Shown here in pieces: positions 36,317 to 45,754 of a DNA stretch of 64,000 bases. The DNA lies in contig CAWDCV010000005.1 of NCBI GenBank assembly GCA_963801015.1, positions 121,580 through 185,579 on the forward strand, given 5' to 3'. A program made the position numbers and the translations under genes. Below the pieces are notes generated by a model. That model saw only the letters and a list, made by a program, of their open reading frames with translations. It had not been told where the DNA came from and did no database searches. Position 1 is the first letter of the stretch. Every line of letters starts with the position of its first letter. Source of the DNA: an uncultured Actinomycetota bacterium (lineage in GTDB: Bacteria > Actinomycetota > Actinomycetes > CAWDCV01).

Positions 36317-37522
36317 GTGAGCGAGGGTGGGCCCACCGGAGCCAAGGCGCGGCTGATTGGCGTCGACGCGGCGCGCGGTGTCGCCCTGCTCGGCATGATG
36401 GCCGTGCACGTCCTGCCGCTCGCCGACGCAGACGGCAGCACCTCCACGCCATACCTGATTGCCGGTGGTCGTTCGGCCGCGCTATTCGCCGTACTGGCCG
36501 GTGTCGGTCTCGCGCTTGCCAGCGGCGGCACCCACCCGCCGCGCGGCCGGGCTTGGGCAGCAGCCGCTGCCGGCACCCTGGTCCGCGCCGCCCTGATCGG
36601 GGCGGTCGGGCTCATCGTCGGCATGGCGGACTCAGGTGTTGCCGTGATCCTCGTCTACTACGCCGTGCTGTTCGTGCTCGCGATCCCGCTGCTACCGCTA
36701 GGCCCTCGGATCCTGGCGCCGCTCGCTGCGGTGCTCGCAGTCGGCGTACCGATCCTCAGCTACGCAATCCGGCCGAGCCTCAACCCGCCGGACCGCGGTA
36801 ACCCGACTCTGTCGACTGTGCTCGGCGATCCCGTGGGCTTGCTGCAAACGCTGCTCGTCACTGGTTACTACCCCGCGCTGGCGTGGACCGCGTATCTCTG
36901 CGCGGGCCTAGCCGTCGGCCGGCTCCCGCTGCGCTCGATCGCAACAGCATGGTGGCTCGCTGGCGTTGGAATCACCCTTGCCGTGGCCGCTTCCGTGGCC
37001 TCTGCGCTGCTGCTCGGACCGCTCGGCGGCGCCGACGCACTGCGCGGCACGCTGTCACCCGGCACCGACCTCGGGCAACTTCTCGACAGCAGCTTCTACG
37101 GCAACACGCCGACGACGTCGTGGTGGTGGCTCGCCATCGACACGCCACACTCGACGACACCGCTCGACCTGCTGCACACCATCGGCACATCGCTCGCGGT
37201 GCTCGGCGGCATGCTGTTGCTCGCCCGCGTCATTGCGCCGGTGCTGACACCGCTAGCGGCTGCCGGCAGCATGACGCTCACGCTGTACAGCGCGCACGTT
37301 CTTCTGCTGTCCACGCCGTTCCTCCCGGCGGACGCGACCCGGTCATACGTGCTGCAGGTCGTCACTGTCCTCGTGATCGCGACGCTGTGGCGCTCCACCG
37401 GGCGGCGTGGCCCGCTCGAGGCACTCGTCGCTGCTGCAGCCGGCCGCGCTCGCCGCGCCGTCGCCCCTGACAGCCCCACGCCCTCCGCCGCCACCCCGCC
37501 GCTCCCCACGAAACGATCGTGA
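36317..37522 (+). CDS. DUF1624/DUF418-type membrane protein (HGSNAT/YeiB-like acyltransferase-3 fold)
   Basis: N-terminal ..RLIGVDAARGVALLGMMAVHV.. signature and about 10 TM helices. Confidence 0.68.
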   Translation: MSEGGPTGAKARLIGVDAARGVALLGMMAVHVLPLADADGSTSTPYLIAGGRSAALFAVLAGVGLALASGGTHPPRGRAWAAAAAGTLVRAALIGAVGLIVGMADSGVAVILVYYAVLFVLAIPLLPLGPRILAPLAAVLAVGVPILSYAIRPSLNPPDRGNPTLSTVLGDPVGLLQTLLVTGYYPALAWTAYLCAGLAVGRLPLRSIATAWWLAGVGITLAVAASVASALLLGPLGGADALRGTLSPGTDLGQLLDSSFYGNTPTTSWWWLAIDTPHSTTPLDLLHTIGTSLAVLGGMLLLARVIAPVLTPLAAAGSMTLTLYSAHVLLLSTPFLPADATRSYVLQVVTVLVIATLWRSTGRRGPLEALVAAAAGRARRAVAPDSPTPSAATPPLPTKRS

Positions 37523-37528
37523 GGAGGT

Positions 37529-39568
37529 CTAGCCGCGGTAGGCGGGCGCGAAGCCGCGGCCGCTGGCGTCCTCCGCGCGGATCAGGTGCATCACGGCGTT
37601 GATCAGTGCCAGATGCGTGAACGCCTGCGGAAAGTTGCCGAGGTGGCGGCCAGTCGCGGCGTCGATCTCCTCGGCGTACAGCTCGAGCGGGCTCGCGTAC
37701 GACAGCAGCTTCTCGCACAGATTGTGCGCCCGCTCGATCTCGCCGATCTCGACCAGTGCCGAGACGAGCCAGAACGAGCAGATCGTGAACGTGCCCTCTT
37801 CGCCGTGCAAGCCGTCGTCGGTCTCCTCGACCCGATACCGCAGCACCAGGCCGTCCTCGGTCAACTCGTCCGCGATGGCGAGCACTGTGGCCCGCACTCG
37901 CTCGTCCTCTGACGGCAGGAATCGCAGCAGCGGCAGGAGCAGCAGCGACGCATCGAGCGCGTCAGAGCCGTAGCGCTGCACGAAGACGCCACGCTTGTCG
38001 ACACCGTTCGCGCAGATGTCGGCGTGGATCTCGTTGGCGATCTCCCGCCAGCGAGCTTCGTATTCCGGTTCGTCGTGCATCTCCGCCAGCCGTGCACCAC
38101 GGTCGAGGGCGACCCAGCAGAACAGCTTGGACGACACGAAGTGCTGCGGCTCGCCGCGCACCTCCCAGATGCCGCGATCCGGCTCCTTCCAGGACTTGAT
38201 GGCCTCCTCGACCTGTTTCACCAGGATCGGCCACAGACCCTCGGAGAGCTGCTCGCGCGACTTCACGTGCAGGTAGACCGAGTCGAGCACCGCTCCCCAG
38301 ACATCGTGCTGTTTCTGGTTGTACGCACCGTTGCCGATGCGCACCGGGACAGCGCCTTCGTATCCGGTCAGGTGCTTGAGCTCATGCTCCTCGAGCTCCT
38401 TCTCTCCGCCGACGCCGTACATGATCTGTAAGTCGGCGTCGCGCGCGACATCGGCGATGAAGTAGAAGAAGTCGTTGGCTTCGCGGTCGAGCCCCAGCGT
38501 GTACAAGCCCCACAGTGCAAACGTCGAGTCGCGGATCCAGGCGTAGCGGTAGTCCCAGTTGCGCTCGCCTTGCGGCGTCTCCGGCAACGACGTCGTCGAT
38601 GCTGCGAGCAGCGCTCCTGTCGGTGCGTACGTCAGGCCCTTGAGTGCCAGCGCGCTGCGCTGCAAGTACTTGCGCCACGGGTGGTCGGGGAACACGCCCT
38701 GGTTGATCCACTGTCGCCAGTACTCCGACGTGCGCCACATCCGGTCGGCGGCTTCGGCGAACGTCTTCGGCGCGGGGATCGGCGACCATGTCAACGCAAC
38801 GAAGACGTCATCGCCCTCGGTGAGGCGGGTACGGGCCTGGACGCCGCGACCCTCGATGCCGACCCGCAGGTTCGTCGTCAGTCGCAGGTGCACGTCGCCG
38901 TCGTCGGACTTGGCGATGACCTCGCCGTAGCCGGGACCGTCGTACGACCACTGCGACTCTTGCGCGCCGTAGTCGAAGACGGGTTCGCAGTTGAGCGAGA
39001 GGTCGACAGTGCCGCTGACGCATTTCACGGTTCGCAGCAGGCAATGCTCGGCGTCGTAGTCCGTCGGCGATCGACGATGGGTTCGCGAGCGTTCATCGGT
39101 GTTGTGCCATGGACCCATGAGCAGCGAGTCGCGACAGATGAGCCATCCGGTGCGGGTCTGCCAGGTCGTCTCGAGCATCAGGCTGCCGGGCAGGTAGCGA
39201 CGCGCGGCCGGCACCCGAACTCCCCACGGCCCGAGTCGGAAGCTGCCGGCGGCTCGATCCAGCATGGCCCCGAAAACGCTCGGCGCGTCCGGTCGCGGCA
39301 CGCACATCCACTCGACCGCGCCGCTCGGGGCGATCAGGCAGGTGGTCTCGCAGTCGGAGAGGAACGCGTAGTCAGCGATCGGCGGAAAATCGCTGCGCGA
39401 TCCCGTCCGCGGCTTCGGCTCGTGCTGCTCCTCAAGCGGACCGGACGGCACACCGGCACGCTGCCGCTGGCCCCGACGCTTGGTCGGCGGCTGGTCGGCG
39501 GTGGAATCCTGGGGCGCAGCAGTTGTCGTCACAGGACGAAGCATCGCGCACGGCTCGGGCGGCCTCAA
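37529..39568 (-). CDS. Glycoside hydrolase family 15 protein (glucoamylase/trehalase-like)
   Basis: 679 aa; ..LKGLTYAPTGALLAASTTSLPE..NWDYRYAWIRDSTFALW.. GH15 catalytic-domain motifs. Confidence 0.88.
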   Translation of the reverse strand: MRPPEPCAMLRPVTTTAAPQDSTADQPPTKRRGQRQRAGVPSGPLEEQHEPKPRTGSRSDFPPIADYAFLSDCETTCLIAPSGAVEWMCVPRPDAPSVFGAMLDRAAGSFRLGPWGVRVPAARRYLPGSLMLETTWQTRTGWLICRDSLLMGPWHNTDERSRTHRRSPTDYDAEHCLLRTVKCVSGTVDLSLNCEPVFDYGAQESQWSYDGPGYGEVIAKSDDGDVHLRLTTNLRVGIEGRGVQARTRLTEGDDVFVALTWSPIPAPKTFAEAADRMWRTSEYWRQWINQGVFPDHPWRKYLQRSALALKGLTYAPTGALLAASTTSLPETPQGERNWDYRYAWIRDSTFALWGLYTLGLDREANDFFYFIADVARDADLQIMYGVGGEKELEEHELKHLTGYEGAVPVRIGNGAYNQKQHDVWGAVLDSVYLHVKSREQLSEGLWPILVKQVEEAIKSWKEPDRGIWEVRGEPQHFVSSKLFCWVALDRGARLAEMHDEPEYEARWREIANEIHADICANGVDKRGVFVQRYGSDALDASLLLLPLLRFLPSEDERVRATVLAIADELTEDGLVLRYRVEETDDGLHGEEGTFTICSFWLVSALVEIGEIERAHNLCEKLLSYASPLELYAEEIDAATGRHLGNFPQAFTHLALINAVMHLIRAEDASGRGFAPAYRG

Positions 39569-39617
39569 GCGCTGCCGCGCACTACCCGGACGTGCGGCCG
39601 GCTTGGTTTACCAAGAT

Positions 39618-40352
39618 CTACCAGGGCAGCGGATGCGCGCGGATGGCGCGTTGCGCTCCGTCGTCCGTGCCCTCTTTCACCGAGGCGTGCAGCGCCAGCG
39701 CCAGCGCGCGCACAACGCTGAGGTGCGGACGTGGTGCCCGCAGCTGCGTCTCCAGCGTGTTCATGTCGGCGTAGGCCTGCGCGTAAGCGTCCTCGTCGAG
39801 TCCGAGCTGATCGAGATGGCTGCGGAACGCGCTGACGTACGACGCCACCTTGAGCTCGTCCTCGAGTCCGAGGGCGTGCCCGTTGCCGCGCTCGTCCGTC
39901 ATTGTGGTCGCGCCGTCACTGCCATTGGCCACACCGCCCGCGGCGGCAGTCCCCGCGCCGCTTGCGGGGAGGCTACCGGATCGCTCGCTAGCGACGGCGG
40001 CGGGCATGGGCTGGGGCAGCTCGGTTGGGCCGGTGTCCTCGCCGAGCCCGAGCGGCCCCGTGTCTTCGGCCTCGTCCGAGGAGCGACCGCGACGCGCGGT
40101 CTGGATTTCCAGCACGCCCATTGGAGTCAGCTCGACACCGGCGGGCAGCAGCCCACCGAGGTGCAGGAAGGTACGGACGAGGCGCTCGCCCTCGAGGTGG
40201 CGGATGAGCGCGTCCAACTCCTCCTCAGAGGCGTCGGACTGGGACAGGAAGTCGCTCTCGTCCTGCATCCGGTCGTCTTCGCCGTCGCTGGCGTCGTACA
40301 ACCACTGCAGGAACTCGGTGCGCAGCCGAAGCTTGCGTTCCAAAGATGACAC
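39618..40352 (-). CDS. Hypothetical acidic protein
   Basis: 244 aa, rich in D/E with protein-like composition; the opposite-strand ORF looks antisense. Confidence 0.5.
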   Translation of the reverse strand: MSSLERKLRLRTEFLQWLYDASDGEDDRMQDESDFLSQSDASEEELDALIRHLEGERLVRTFLHLGGLLPAGVELTPMGVLEIQTARRGRSSDEAEDTGPLGLGEDTGPTELPQPMPAAVASERSGSLPASGAGTAAAGGVANGSDGATTMTDERGNGHALGLEDELKVASYVSAFRSHLDQLGLDEDAYAQAYADMNTLETQLRAPRPHLSVVRALALALHASVKEGTDDGAQRAIRAHPLPW

Positions 40353-40363
40353 GGTCGCCTCCG

Positions 40364-40834
40364 TCAGCGATCAGAAGAAGAAGGCGTACCCGGATCGGAG
40401 GGTTCTTCCCGAATTCGGCCGAAATATTCCGGATCGGCGCGCAGCCGGTAGCGCTCCTCGCGTACCTGGCTCTGACGGCTGCGGTCGTGGACGTCGGGAT
40501 CAGCTTCCAACGCGCGAACGAGCAGCACGAACGCTGCCCCGATCAGCGCGCCGACGACGACACCCACGAGGAGGTACATCGACGAAATGGAGATCAGGGA
40601 GCCGAGGACGACCCGGAGGAGGAGAGCGAGGAGGAGGCCGACGATCGCACCCACCGCGGTGCCGGCAAGGACGATGCCGGTCCGGGTGTAGCGAGCGTGG
40701 CCGGTCTTGACGACCACGATCTCGTGCTCGATCTCGACCGCTCCGGGGGGCACGCCGTTACTCGCCACCGCGCGCAGGGCAGCCTGTGCGCGGTCACGAT
40801 CCTCGTACTCCCCGATGACGAACGGATCCGTCAT
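40364..40834 (-). CDS. Hypothetical membrane protein (soluble N-terminal domain + two TM helices)
   Basis: ATG 40834 preceded by SD GGAGGAGGAGG; MTDPFVIGEYEDRDRAQAALRAV...; the track ORF extends to 41083. Confidence 0.6.
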   Translation of the reverse strand: MTDPFVIGEYEDRDRAQAALRAVASNGVPPGAVEIEHEIVVVKTGHARYTRTGIVLAGTAVGAIVGLLLALLLRVVLGSLISISSMYLLVGVVVGALIGAAFVLLVRALEADPDVHDRSRQSQVREERYRLRADPEYFGRIREEPSDPGTPSSSDR

Positions 40835-41582
40835 CGCACCTCCTCCTCCGGCCGCACGCCTGCTCGAGGCACGGTTCCCCTCTCCACTATGGCGAGTCGA
40901 GGCGAACCGCGCTCTGGCAAGCACGCCGGCCCAGGCACCAATAGACGACGCCACGGCTTCGACCCGCAGCGGCCACACCGGCGCTCCCCGGTGCCGGCCG
41001 GGGGGTACCCGGCGGGCAGGAGCGAGTGGTTGTGGCAGCGCATCGAGGCCGATCGGTCGCGACGCGGTACCTAGGACGGACATGGAGCAGCCCCTTCCCC
41101 ACGCCTACGGGGCAGCTGTCGGGATGGGGCCGCAACCCGTCGACGGTGGGCACAGCGTGTGCGGTGCCCGACCTGGAACGGGTAGGGGAAGAGGGAAGTT
41201 GGCCCGGCCGCGCGGTAATTGTGCAGTGCGCGGCTGTCACCCCGAGGTCGCTCTATTCGAGAGACCGAGTGCCCGGTCCCCCGCTCCTGCCGTCATGGGC
41301 TCGAGCAGCCAGTGGCGGCAGGATTCGGCGTCCACCGGTGCACTCCCGCCAACTCATCGACGGGAGTAGCTGAGGCTAAACACATGGGGGCCGGGAACGC
41401 TACTCGGAGTCCATCCCGAGTTCGCTCGGTGTGGATTGTCGCCTACTTTCCGGTGATGCCTGGTAACGCAGTGCGAGAATGTGACACTCATCGGTGCGAT
41501 CGTGAGAAAAGTGTCACACGTGCATCCTTGCAACACCGCCGTTATATTTATGTTGGTGTTGCATGCAGCATTGACGTCTTAG

Positions 41583-42287
41583 CTACGTGATGGTGGCGAC
41601 GAACACGTGCGATGCCACTACAGCATCGAGTTCCGCCGTCTCCCCGCTGCTTCCGACGAGCACACCGGCTGGCGCTTTTCTCAACGTCACAACAGATCCC
41701 GGTGTTGCACCAACCCGTTGCAGCATCGACATGACATCGACATCAGTCTGCACTGGCTCACCGATGCGTCGCACGATCACCTGCCGACTTTCAGTGAGCG
41801 AAACTCGGTCGATGCTGACGACACCGTCCATGAATGCTTCCGGTGCAGCACCATCAGCAGGTATCTCGCCGAGCTCGTTCAAGCCAGGAATGGGGTTTCC
41901 ATACGGCGACTGCGTGGGATGACCAAGCAACTCGACCAGACGCTTCTCGACTGCTTCCGACATCACGTGCTCCCATCGGCATGCCTCTGGATGCACGTCC
42001 TCCCACGCCAACCCAATGACGTCGACGAGCAAGCATTCGGCGAGTCGATGCTTGCGCATCACCCGAGTCGCGAGCGCGCGTCCTTTCTCCGTCAGCTCGA
42101 GGTGGCGATCGCCCTCGACGGTGAGGAGACCATCACGCTCCATTCGGGCGACGGTCTGGCTCACCGTCGGGCCGGACTGCTGAAGGCGCTGCGCGATGCG
42201 CGCGCGCAGGGGCACGATGCCCTCCTCCTCGAGCTCGAAGATCGTGCGGAGATACATCTCCGTGGTGTCGATCAGGTCGTGGCTCAC
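41583..42287 (-). CDS. ideR: Iron-dependent transcriptional repressor, DtxR/IdeR family (with C-terminal SH3-like domain)
   Basis: MSHDLIDTTEMYLRTIFELEEEGIVPLRARIAQRLQQSGPTVSQTVARMERDGLL..; metal-site residues; 234 aa. Confidence 0.9.
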   Translation of the reverse strand: MSHDLIDTTEMYLRTIFELEEEGIVPLRARIAQRLQQSGPTVSQTVARMERDGLLTVEGDRHLELTEKGRALATRVMRKHRLAECLLVDVIGLAWEDVHPEACRWEHVMSEAVEKRLVELLGHPTQSPYGNPIPGLNELGEIPADGAAPEAFMDGVVSIDRVSLTESRQVIVRRIGEPVQTDVDVMSMLQRVGATPGSVVTLRKAPAGVLVGSSGETAELDAVVASHVFVATIT

Positions 42288-42397
42288 GGGGGGTGTCTCC
42301 GTCCGACATCGAGAACTGCAAGGTACCCATTGTCCGCCTCTCGGCGAGCAGATGCTCGAGAGGCAGCTCGATCGACATGCTTTTAGGGTCGAGTGAC

Positions 42398-43753
42398 ATG
42401 ACGACGCACGTGATGTGGTTTCGCCGCGATCTTCGCCGGCGCGACAATCCGGCCCTCCTCGAGGCCACTGCCGCAGACGATGTCGTCCCCCTGTTCGTCT
42501 TCGACGAGCGGCTGTGGGAGCCGTCCGGACCCACCCGGCGCGTGTGGCTGCTCAGGAGTCTGCGGATGCTGGCCGAGTCCATCGACGACAACCTGCTGGT
42601 CCGCCGTGGCGATCCTGTCGACGAGGTAATCCGCGTCGCGCGAGCGGCAAGCGCCGAGGCGGTGCACGTCGCCGCCGACTATGGCCCGTACGGCAACGAG
42701 CGCGACTCGCGCGTCGAGAAGGCGCTGGCCGAGCACGACATCGCGCTCGTCCGAACCGGATCGCCGTACGCGATCGCGCCGGGCCGGATACTCAAGGACG
42801 ATGGCACGCCGTACTCGGTGTTCACCCCGTTCTACCGGGCGTGGCTCGACCACGGCTGGCGGGCGCCAGCCGCGACACCGCGGGCGCCGCACTGGATACG
42901 GCCGCTGAAGAGCAGTGACCTCCCACGCGAGCCCGACCTCGGCGCAATGAACCTGCCGACCGCCGGGGAGGAGGCGGCGCTGCGTCGCTGGCGAGCGTTT
43001 CGAGACGGTCCGCTGATGGAGTACGCCGAGATGCGCAATCGTCCGGATCAGCCTGGCACCTCGGCCATGTCCGCCCATCTGAAGTACGGCGAGATCCATC
43101 CGCGGGCCTTGCTCGCGGACCTGGCCGCCAAGCGCGGCAGGAATGTGGAGAGCTATCGCAGCGAACTCGCCTGGCGCGAGTTCTACGCCGACGTGCTCTT
43201 CCACCATCCGCGCAGCGCTCGCGAGTACCTACGCCCCGAGATGGCGCGGATGACGTACGCCACCGGCAAGACCGCCGACGAGCACTTCCGTGCCTGGAGC
43301 GAGGGCCGCACCGGCTACCCGTTCGTCGATGCCGGGATGCGACAGCTACGCGCCGAAGGTTGGGTGCACAACCGGGTGCGCATGGTCGTCGCATCGTTTC
43401 TGGTCAAGGACCTGCACATCGAGTGGCAACGTGGGGCGCGCGAGTTCATGCACTGGCTGCGGGACGGCGACCTCGCGTCCAACAACCACGGCTGGCAGTG
43501 GGTGGCCGGCAGCGGTACGGACGCCGCGCCGTACTTTCGCGTCTTCAACCCAGTCACGCAGGGCCGCAAGTTCGACCCCGACGGCGACTACGTCCGCAGG
43601 TACGTCCCCGAGCTGCGATCGATCGAGGGTGCCGCCGTGCACGCGCCGTGGACGCTGCCAGACGGGCTCCCGCCGGGGTACCCGGAACGCGTGGTCGATC
43701 ATGCCGAGGAGCGCAAGGTCGCGTTGGCCCGCTACGAAGCGGTGCGCCGCTGA
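42398..43753 (+). CDS. Deoxyribodipyrimidine photolyase (cryptochrome/photolyase family)
   Basis: MTTHVMWFRRDLRRRDNPAL..; C-terminal FAD-binding ..WREFY..GWVHNRVRMVVASFLVKDL..WQWVAGSGTDAAPYFRVFNP.. Confidence 0.9.
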   Translation: MTTHVMWFRRDLRRRDNPALLEATAADDVVPLFVFDERLWEPSGPTRRVWLLRSLRMLAESIDDNLLVRRGDPVDEVIRVARAASAEAVHVAADYGPYGNERDSRVEKALAEHDIALVRTGSPYAIAPGRILKDDGTPYSVFTPFYRAWLDHGWRAPAATPRAPHWIRPLKSSDLPREPDLGAMNLPTAGEEAALRRWRAFRDGPLMEYAEMRNRPDQPGTSAMSAHLKYGEIHPRALLADLAAKRGRNVESYRSELAWREFYADVLFHHPRSAREYLRPEMARMTYATGKTADEHFRAWSEGRTGYPFVDAGMRQLRAEGWVHNRVRMVVASFLVKDLHIEWQRGAREFMHWLRDGDLASNNHGWQWVAGSGTDAAPYFRVFNPVTQGRKFDPDGDYVRRYVPELRSIEGAAVHAPWTLPDGLPPGYPERVVDHAEERKVALARYEAVRR

Positions 43754-43833
43754 CCCGCGCCACGACCGCGCAACGACCGACAGCACACGCGCGCGTCCTA
43801 GTGGACGGACCGTCGACAGGGGATACTCCGATC

Positions 43834-44625
43834 ATGCTGGTGATGAGCGTGCTGAGCCTGAAGGGAGGCGTCGGAAAGACCACCCTCGTCCTCGGACTCG
43901 CCGGCGCCGCCCTGGAACGCGGGCTGCGCGCACTCGTCGTCGACCTAGATCCCCAGGCCAATGCCACCACCGCGCTCGACCCCAAAGACGTGACCTTCAC
44001 CGCCAATGATGTGCTCGCCGATGCCCGCGCCGGAGTCCTCAAGGAAGCCGTGACGATGAGCGGCTGGGGCGAGGAAGTCCAGGTCATTGCCGCCGAGCCG
44101 GCGCTGGAGCACCGCAACCGACCCGAAGGCAAGGGCAGCGAGCTGCGGCTGCGCAAGGCGATGAACAGCACGCCGTCGGCGTACGACATCGTCCTCATCG
44201 ACACCCCACCGTCGCTCGGCGAGCTCACGAAGAACGCCCTGGCCGCCTCGCAACGGGCACTCGTGGTCGCCGAGCCGTCCCTGTTCGCGCTCCAGGGCGC
44301 CCAGCAGGCGCTCGACGCGGTTGATGTGGTCCGGCGTGGTTTCAATCTGCGGCTGCGTACCATCGGAATCGTCGCGAATCGGGTCCGCCACACCAGCGAG
44401 CACCGGTTCCGGCTGGACGAACTGGCGACCGCGTACGGAGATCTCGTGTTCGACCCGGCGATGCTCGACCGCTCTGCGGTGACGCAGGCCCAGGGTGCCT
44501 GCGTCCCGGTGCAGCGGTGGCACTCGCGAGGCGCGCGCGCTGCATCGCACGTGTTGTCGACGTATCTCGACCGCGTCCTGGAGACGACGGTCGGTGACGG
44601 ACCCTCGCTGATGGGAAGGCGATAG
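43834..44625 (+). CDS. ParA/MinD-family partition ATPase (orphan, chromosomal)
   Basis: MLVMSVLSLKGGVGKTTLVLGLAG (deviant Walker A KGGVGKT), ..VVDLDPQANAT.., ..LIDTPPSLG.. Confidence 0.85.
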   Translation: MLVMSVLSLKGGVGKTTLVLGLAGAALERGLRALVVDLDPQANATTALDPKDVTFTANDVLADARAGVLKEAVTMSGWGEEVQVIAAEPALEHRNRPEGKGSELRLRKAMNSTPSAYDIVLIDTPPSLGELTKNALAASQRALVVAEPSLFALQGAQQALDAVDVVRRGFNLRLRTIGIVANRVRHTSEHRFRLDELATAYGDLVFDPAMLDRSAVTQAQGACVPVQRWHSRGARAASHVLSTYLDRVLETTVGDGPSLMGRR

Positions 44626-44629
44626 TCAG

Positions 44630-44929
44630 GTGCCCTCAGTACGAAACCCGAGCCCGCGACCCGCGCTGCGCAAGGCTCCCGACGGCCACGTCCACCCTGC
44701 GGCTCCCCGCCTCGGGAGCTTGCCAGCACGGTTGCAAGCGGAGCTGGAGCGGCCCGCCCGCAAGGGAAAGAACGGCTGGGACAGCGAGGGCGGTAAGGAC
44801 AAGCCCGTCGACGTGATCGTCCCGATGCCGAAGTCGATGCGCAAGCGGTTGAAGACTCGAGCGGCTGAGCAGGGGATGACGGCCGAGGACGCCGCCTTCC
44901 ATGTCCTTCGCGTCTGGCTGACGTCCTGA
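44630..44929 (+). CDS. Ribbon-helix-helix (CopG/ParG-like) putative partner of ParA
   Basis: 4 nt after the ParA stop; C-terminal ..VDVIVPMPKSMRKRLKTRAAEQGMTAEDAAFHVLRVWL is RHH-like. Confidence 0.5.
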   Translation: MPSVRNPSPRPALRKAPDGHVHPAAPRLGSLPARLQAELERPARKGKNGWDSEGGKDKPVDVIVPMPKSMRKRLKTRAAEQGMTAEDAAFHVLRVWLTS

Positions 44930-44956
44930 TCCCGGTCTCGCGTCGAAGCCGGCGTC

Positions 44957-45322
44957 GTGGCACGCGGAGGGTGGCAGGAGCGGCTGCGCTCCGAGGGCAG
45001 CGATCCTGACCCGCGCTTCACGCTGGCGAACGAACGGACGTTCCTCGCCTGGATTCGGACGGCGCTGGCGCTCGTCGCTGCAGGCATCGGCGTCGAAGCA
45101 TTCCTGCGCGACGTCGACCTCATCGCTCGACAACTGCTCGCGATCGCACTCGTCGGCAGCGGCGTCATCGTGAGCGCCACGGCCTTCCGCAGGTGGTATC
45201 GCGCCGAGTTGGCGCTGCGACGGCAGGAATCGTTGCCCGTGCCTGCGCTGGCACCGCTCCTGGCGTATGGCATCGCGGCGCTGTCGGTCGCGGGTCTCAT
45301 CGTCGTCCTGGTGCTCTCGTGA
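44957..45322 (+). CDS. DUF202 (YidH-like) membrane protein
   Basis: ..LANERTFLAWIRTALALVAAGIG.. DUF202 signature. Confidence 0.72.
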   Translation: MARGGWQERLRSEGSDPDPRFTLANERTFLAWIRTALALVAAGIGVEAFLRDVDLIARQLLAIALVGSGVIVSATAFRRWYRAELALRRQESLPVPALAPLLAYGIAALSVAGLIVVLVLS

Positions 45323-45334
45323 CCGCCAACACCT

Positions 45335-45389
45335 CCAACAACGGATGGAAATGCGGTTCGATGGCGGTCAGAAACGCATCCGTTGTTGG
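45335..45389 (+). promoter_or_regulatory. 13-bp perfect inverted repeat CCAACAACGGATG-N29-CATCCGTTGTTGG between the two DUF202 genes; its right arm overlaps the SD (TTGGAG) of the downstream gene
   Basis: Read directly; the arms lie 12 nt after the upstream stop and 12 nt before the downstream ATG (45402). Confidence 0.45.
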
Positions 45390-45401
45390 AGTTCAGCAGC
45401 C

Positions 45402-45707
45402 ATGACAGCGGAGGCGCCGTACGGCCGCGGCCTCGCCACCGAGCGCACGAACCTGTCCTGGAACCGGACCTGCCTTGCCCTCGGCGCGCTGGCGCTGCTG
45501 TCGCTGCGGCTCGCGGTCGGTGAGGCGATCGTCGCAGTGCTGCTCGCTGGGGTGGGGGTCGCTACGGCGATGCTCATGCTCGTCCACGCACGACGGCGCT
45601 ACTCGCGGCTGTCCACGACAGCCGACCCTGTCGCGACGGCAGCGCTCGCGATGCTGACGGTCGCGTTCGGGATCTGCGTCATCGTGGCGATCATCGCCGC
45701 GCAGTAG
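45402..45707 (+). CDS. DUF202 (YidH-like) membrane protein, second paralog
   Basis: MTAEAPYGRGLATERTNLSWNRTCLALGALALL.. ATG 45402; the track ORF starts at 45267. Confidence 0.68.
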   Translation: MTAEAPYGRGLATERTNLSWNRTCLALGALALLSLRLAVGEAIVAVLLAGVGVATAMLMLVHARRRYSRLSTTADPVATAALAMLTVAFGICVIVAIIAAQ

Positions 45708-45754
45708 CTGGTACCCCGACGGGTGAGATCGCCGTCCGGGGGTACGGTCCACGC

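Noticed and set aside
41535-41585. Possible sigma-70-like promoter in the AT-rich patch abutting the ideR stop (TTGCAT / TATAAC-like hexamers)
   Set aside because: On checking strands and spacing, the hexamers do not form a -35/-10 pair with a correct spacer on the strand that would drive the downstream gene. Left as an unresolved AT-rich patch.
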